A DNA stretch of 56,632 nucleotides from a virus (taxonomy: Duplodnaviria > Caudoviricetes): positions 1 to 56,632 of IMG/VR virus record IMGVR_UViG_3300005613_003813, one strand, 5' to 3'. The stretch's first letter is position 1. Every line of letters starts with the position of its first letter. The notes under the pieces are model-generated. The model had not been told where the DNA came from and made no database searches. It worked only from the letters and a program-made list of their open reading frames with translations. Shown here in pieces: positions 55,144-56,632 of the stretch. A program made the translations under genes and the position numbers.

Positions 55144-55922
55144 CTCGGTCGAATATCATTCTCGTAGTAATCCCCCCAAACCTTCAAGGCGTAGAGCCCG
55201 CTCTCGTTCCTAATAGACGGGTTCTCCTTTGTACCTTCGTGACGACCCTTAACAAAAGAGCGGTGCTTGTGAGCAAACCAAGTATCCTTATCAACAATCA
55301 ACCGACCCCCCGCTTTCCAGGTCTTGAAGACAATTTCGTGGCTGTCTTGGTACATTTGTCCATACCCCTTGGTCTGGAGTTCTCCAATTACATCCTCCCA
55401 CCACTTCTTGGGCATTAGCCACATCGAACCCTGCATCGCCATCGACTCAACCAGGTTTCTGTCTTTGTATTTTTCGTCCCTCTCTTTCCACCTCATCCCT
55501 GCAAATTTCCTCCCGCCTTGAATAACCAACTTCTCGGTTATCACGGGTTCTAAGTCCATCCTCTCCCACTTTTCGGGGTCAAGGAAATATCTGGTAGCCG
55601 TCATTATCCAGTTCGGTTTACAGTCTCTGGTTAGCACTCTGTCGTATCCCTTGCCAAACATACAGTGTTGGTCGGAGCGGAGGATGAATTCTCCCCCTGC
55701 TAATTGGACACCTGCGTTTATAGCCCCCCTCATACCCCTATTTGCCCCGAGGTGGGCGTAGATGACTCTTGGATCGTCTGGTAGTTCGAAATCGGGCCAG
55801 AAACCATCGAGGACAACAATTATTTCCATCTGGTCTCCCAATTCTGAGTTTTCCAACAAGGAGTTAATCGTTGGAACTACATAGGGATCTTTGTAGGCAG
55901 GGATTACACAACTCAATTTCAT
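55131..55922 (-). CDS. GT-A glycosyltransferase, ppGalNAc-T (GT27)-like paralog 2
   Basis: LSCVIPAYKDP, RSDQHC (DxH), MQGSMW, EIVFKTWKAGG, WFAH. Confidence 0.85.
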   Translation of the reverse strand: MKLSCVIPAYKDPYVVPTINSLLENSELGDQMEIIVVLDGFWPDFELPDDPRVIYAHLGANRGMRGAINAGVQLAGGEFILRSDQHCMFGKGYDRVLTRDCKPNWIMTATRYFLDPEKWERMDLEPVITEKLVIQGGRKFAGMRWKERDEKYKDRNLVESMAMQGSMWLMPKKWWEDVIGELQTKGYGQMYQDSHEIVFKTWKAGGRLIVDKDTWFAHKHRSFVKGRHEGTKENPSIRNESGLYALKVWGDYYENDIRPRWKI

Positions 55923-56518
55923 TTTCTAACCACCACTAATTTATTGTTACGGAACTTCTTCGGAGTAAACCCAACCACCTCAACTTTATAATCACTCAAA
56001 GCCCGTGAGATTTTTCTTGTCCACTCGGTATCTTCAATTATATAGGTAACGCCGTCATCCAACAATGGGAGGAGTGTTTGAGCGAGAAAAATCTGGTGGG
56101 GGGACCTATGGGAGCCGTCATCAACAAACAGATCAATATCCGAGCCCGCCTGCTCTACCAACCGTTCAATATCTTCTTTTTTAGTTTCGTCGCAGAGGAA
56201 GGTTTTAATCCGCTCGTCCTCAAACAGCGTATCTGGGCGGATGTCCGCCCCATAGATTTGGGCATTGGGGAAGAAGTCCCGCCACATTTTTAAACTAGCG
56301 CCGCGTTTGTATTTCCTTTTTAATTGGTTGTCCCAGACCTCACTAACGTGCTTCATACAACCGTAGTAACCAATACCCATCTCTAAGACCTTTTTGACTT
56401 CGCTTCGTTTGTCTTTGAAGAGTTTGTAGTAATAGGGGGTATAGGAGTGCTTAATCTGAGGGCATTTGTCGGTGCCGTATTTGTACGCAATTTCACAAAG
56501 TTCGGTTAGATTTTCCAT
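55919..56518 (-). CDS. Sugar O-methyltransferase (MycE/TylE-like)
   Basis: YGTDK..HSY, LEMGIG, GASLKMWRDFFP, VDDGSH, YIIED; start refined to MENLTE. Confidence 0.8.
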   Translation of the reverse strand: MENLTELCEIAYKYGTDKCPQIKHSYTPYYYKLFKDKRSEVKKVLEMGIGYYGCMKHVSEVWDNQLKRKYKRGASLKMWRDFFPNAQIYGADIRPDTLFEDERIKTFLCDETKKEDIERLVEQAGSDIDLFVDDGSHRSPHQIFLAQTLLPLLDDGVTYIIEDTEWTRKISRALSDYKVEVVGFTPKKFRNNKLVVVRK

Positions 56519-56632
56519 AACGCACGCTCCTCTGGCCAGGACGGTACTGGCCAAAACTTCTCCACCAACCAAGAAAAGGGATGCTTCATGCCGACTTCCT
56601 CGTTGTTTATCCAGTGCTTCGCCGCTCGGGAG
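56510..56632. repeat. Terminal direct repeat (circular assembly overlap), copy 2
   Basis: Identical to 1-123. Confidence 0.97.

Noticed and set aside
56519-56572. N-terminal extension MVGGEVLAST... of the last methyltransferase
   Set aside because: It overlaps the junction-spanning GT in another frame; the ATG at 56518 coupled to that gene's stop is the better start.
1-56632. Genome-wide TAG reassignment suggested by the amber codon at 22075
   Set aside because: Long genes are intact under the standard code, and several end at TAG at sensible positions (portal, Ubl, the 1223-1588 gene).

Overview
The window is an apparently complete, circularly assembled tailed-phage genome of about 56.5 kb: bases 1-123 are identical to 56510-56632. 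It looks podovirus-like, with TerL, portal, scaffold, major capsid protein, adaptor, nozzle and ejection proteins, and no recognisable tail tube, sheath or baseplate genes. Nearly all genes are on the minus strand; one divergent plus-strand cassette of small early genes lies at 11.6-13.8 kb. The host is bacterial (sigma70-type promoters, strong SD sites, peptidoglycan hydrolases) but cannot be named from the sequence. Main points: (1) A glycosylation cassette sits inside the virion operon. It has three paralogous glycosyltransferases with motifs resembling eukaryotic polypeptide GalNAc-transferases, plus sugar methyltransferases and a nucleotide-sugar dehydrogenase. It lies directly upstream of a 1235-aa protein carrying about 700 aa of Ser-Pro-Ser-X repeats, so it is a candidate phage-encoded mucin-type O-glycosylation system. 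(2) There is a complete Ubl-E2-JAB-E1 ubiquitin-like conjugation operon with two possible frameshift sites. (3) A second glycan cluster includes a plant RGP/UDP-arabinopyranose-mutase-like gene split by an intein. (4) Also present are a group I intron with a homing endonuclease, a class 3 intein in TerL, Tad2-like and Ocr-like anti-defence candidates, an HTH fused to a sigma70 C-terminal tail, and several structured non-coding elements. I recognised no DNA polymerase, helicase, primase or integrase. All family calls come from reading motifs by eye; no database searches were run.
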